From Neovahlkampfia damariscottae (Eukaryota): a stretch of DNA of 64,000 nucleotides. How positions within the stretch are numbered: position 1 is the stretch's first letter; each line of letters begins with the position of its first letter. A program made the translations under genes and the position numbers. Under the pieces are notes generated by a model, which was given only the letters and a program-made list of their open reading frames with translations, did no database searches and was not told where the DNA came from. Below, in pieces: positions 63,401-64,000 of this stretch. The stretch is from NCBI GenBank assembly GCA_016618085.1, contig JABLTG010000020.1, forward strand, positions 1 through 64,000, read 5' to 3'.

Positions 63401-64000
63401 GTAGATAATAGATATTTTTGATGACATCACATATCCAGTTCCAAATAATTTCATAGTTGTTTTCGCTGGAGTGGTTTGACTGACTCCTTCATCACCAATA
63501 ATGGTCGAAAAAGTCAAATTTTTTTCATCTATAAAGGTTAATAAATTGAACTTCCAAACCATAAGAATTCAGCTCGATATTCATAGATTTCCAAGTCAAA
63601 TTATTTTGCGAAATTTCTACTTGATAACTAGAAGCAGGTAGGATTGGATTTTTAAAGGATAAGATTTCTGAACTAGTATATTGAATATCATTTATATTAG
63701 CAGAATAATCTGTTGAAACTAGTCTAAGAGAAATGTCTCCTGATTGAACAAATGGTTTTCCAGTTAGAGTTAAATCATAAACCAAATCATTTCTTATCGC
63801 ATTTGGCGAAATAACTGCGTTAGATATTGTCCCTTTGAAGATGTTATTCTAAATTAGAAGGTACTATAAAAATAAAATGGTTTTGAGGATTCAAAGAGTG
63901 TCTGTAATCCATTTGGGTTTGATAAAGTCAATATTCTGACAACAGGATAGAGTTCACAACTAAAGCAGTTTGAAATTTGTGCAGATTCACATTTTGTATA
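60467..64000 (-). CDS. Large membrane protein (5' end outside the window): IPT/TIG repeats, Cys-rich GCC2/GCC3 (ephrin-receptor-like) repeats, multi-pass TM region
   Basis: PVVTSISPNFG..GG..I.L.GSGF; C..CPAG.Y; GRTGLLCENC..GY; C-terminal multi-TM region with PYR; 31-nt intron joins ORF 63525-63785 to 60467-63562. Confidence 0.8.

Noticed and set aside
857..64000. Alternative genetic code or frameshifting to explain fragmented ORFs
   Set aside because: Every break I examined is resolved by a 28-46 nt GT-AG intron; TAA and TGA terminate conserved proteins at expected positions
1..64000. tRNA, rRNA, snoRNA or transposon genes
   Set aside because: None recognisable; intergenic gaps are mostly under 190 bp and AT-rich, though small ncRNAs cannot be excluded without covariance searches

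Overview
This is the left end of a chromosome from a very AT-rich, extremely compact unicellular eukaryote. It uses the standard code with mostly TAA stops; a free-living protist such as a discoban/heterolobosean amoeba is a plausible but unverified inference. The window opens with (CCCAAA)n telomeric repeats (TTTGGG on the G strand) that decay into variant repeats by ~320. Housekeeping genes start at ~857, with essentially no subtelomere. About 38 genes follow, packed with 0-190 bp intergenic gaps and interrupted by tiny (28-46 nt) GT-AG introns, which I reconstructed by eye. Recognisable genes: MRPL9, PIGB, GPR107/108, sulfatase, FKBP, IMP protease, succinyl-CoA ligase beta, RABGGTA, PSMB3, ELP2, SGF29, SRP40/NOLC1, INCENP, EngB, RPA2, two CBLs, SMU1, ABHD17, NSA2, ABCD and RBX1. 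The most notable observations are: a predicted spliced MOB1-C2-RasGAP fusion whose linking intron holds a stop codon; a CH-domain Vps34-like PI3K; a ~2,000-aa kinase/pseudo-phosphatase; a PPC-repeat receptor with an M6PR/ATG27-type tail; an intron-containing bacterial/phage-type RlaP nucleotidyltransferase; three consecutive 7/8/4-nt micro-exons; a CCAAT box in nearly every promoter (with E2F+Myb sites at INCENP); a 22-bp bidirectional promoter; and two convergent genes sharing a TTAA stop. All splicing models and family calls come from motif recognition, not database searches.
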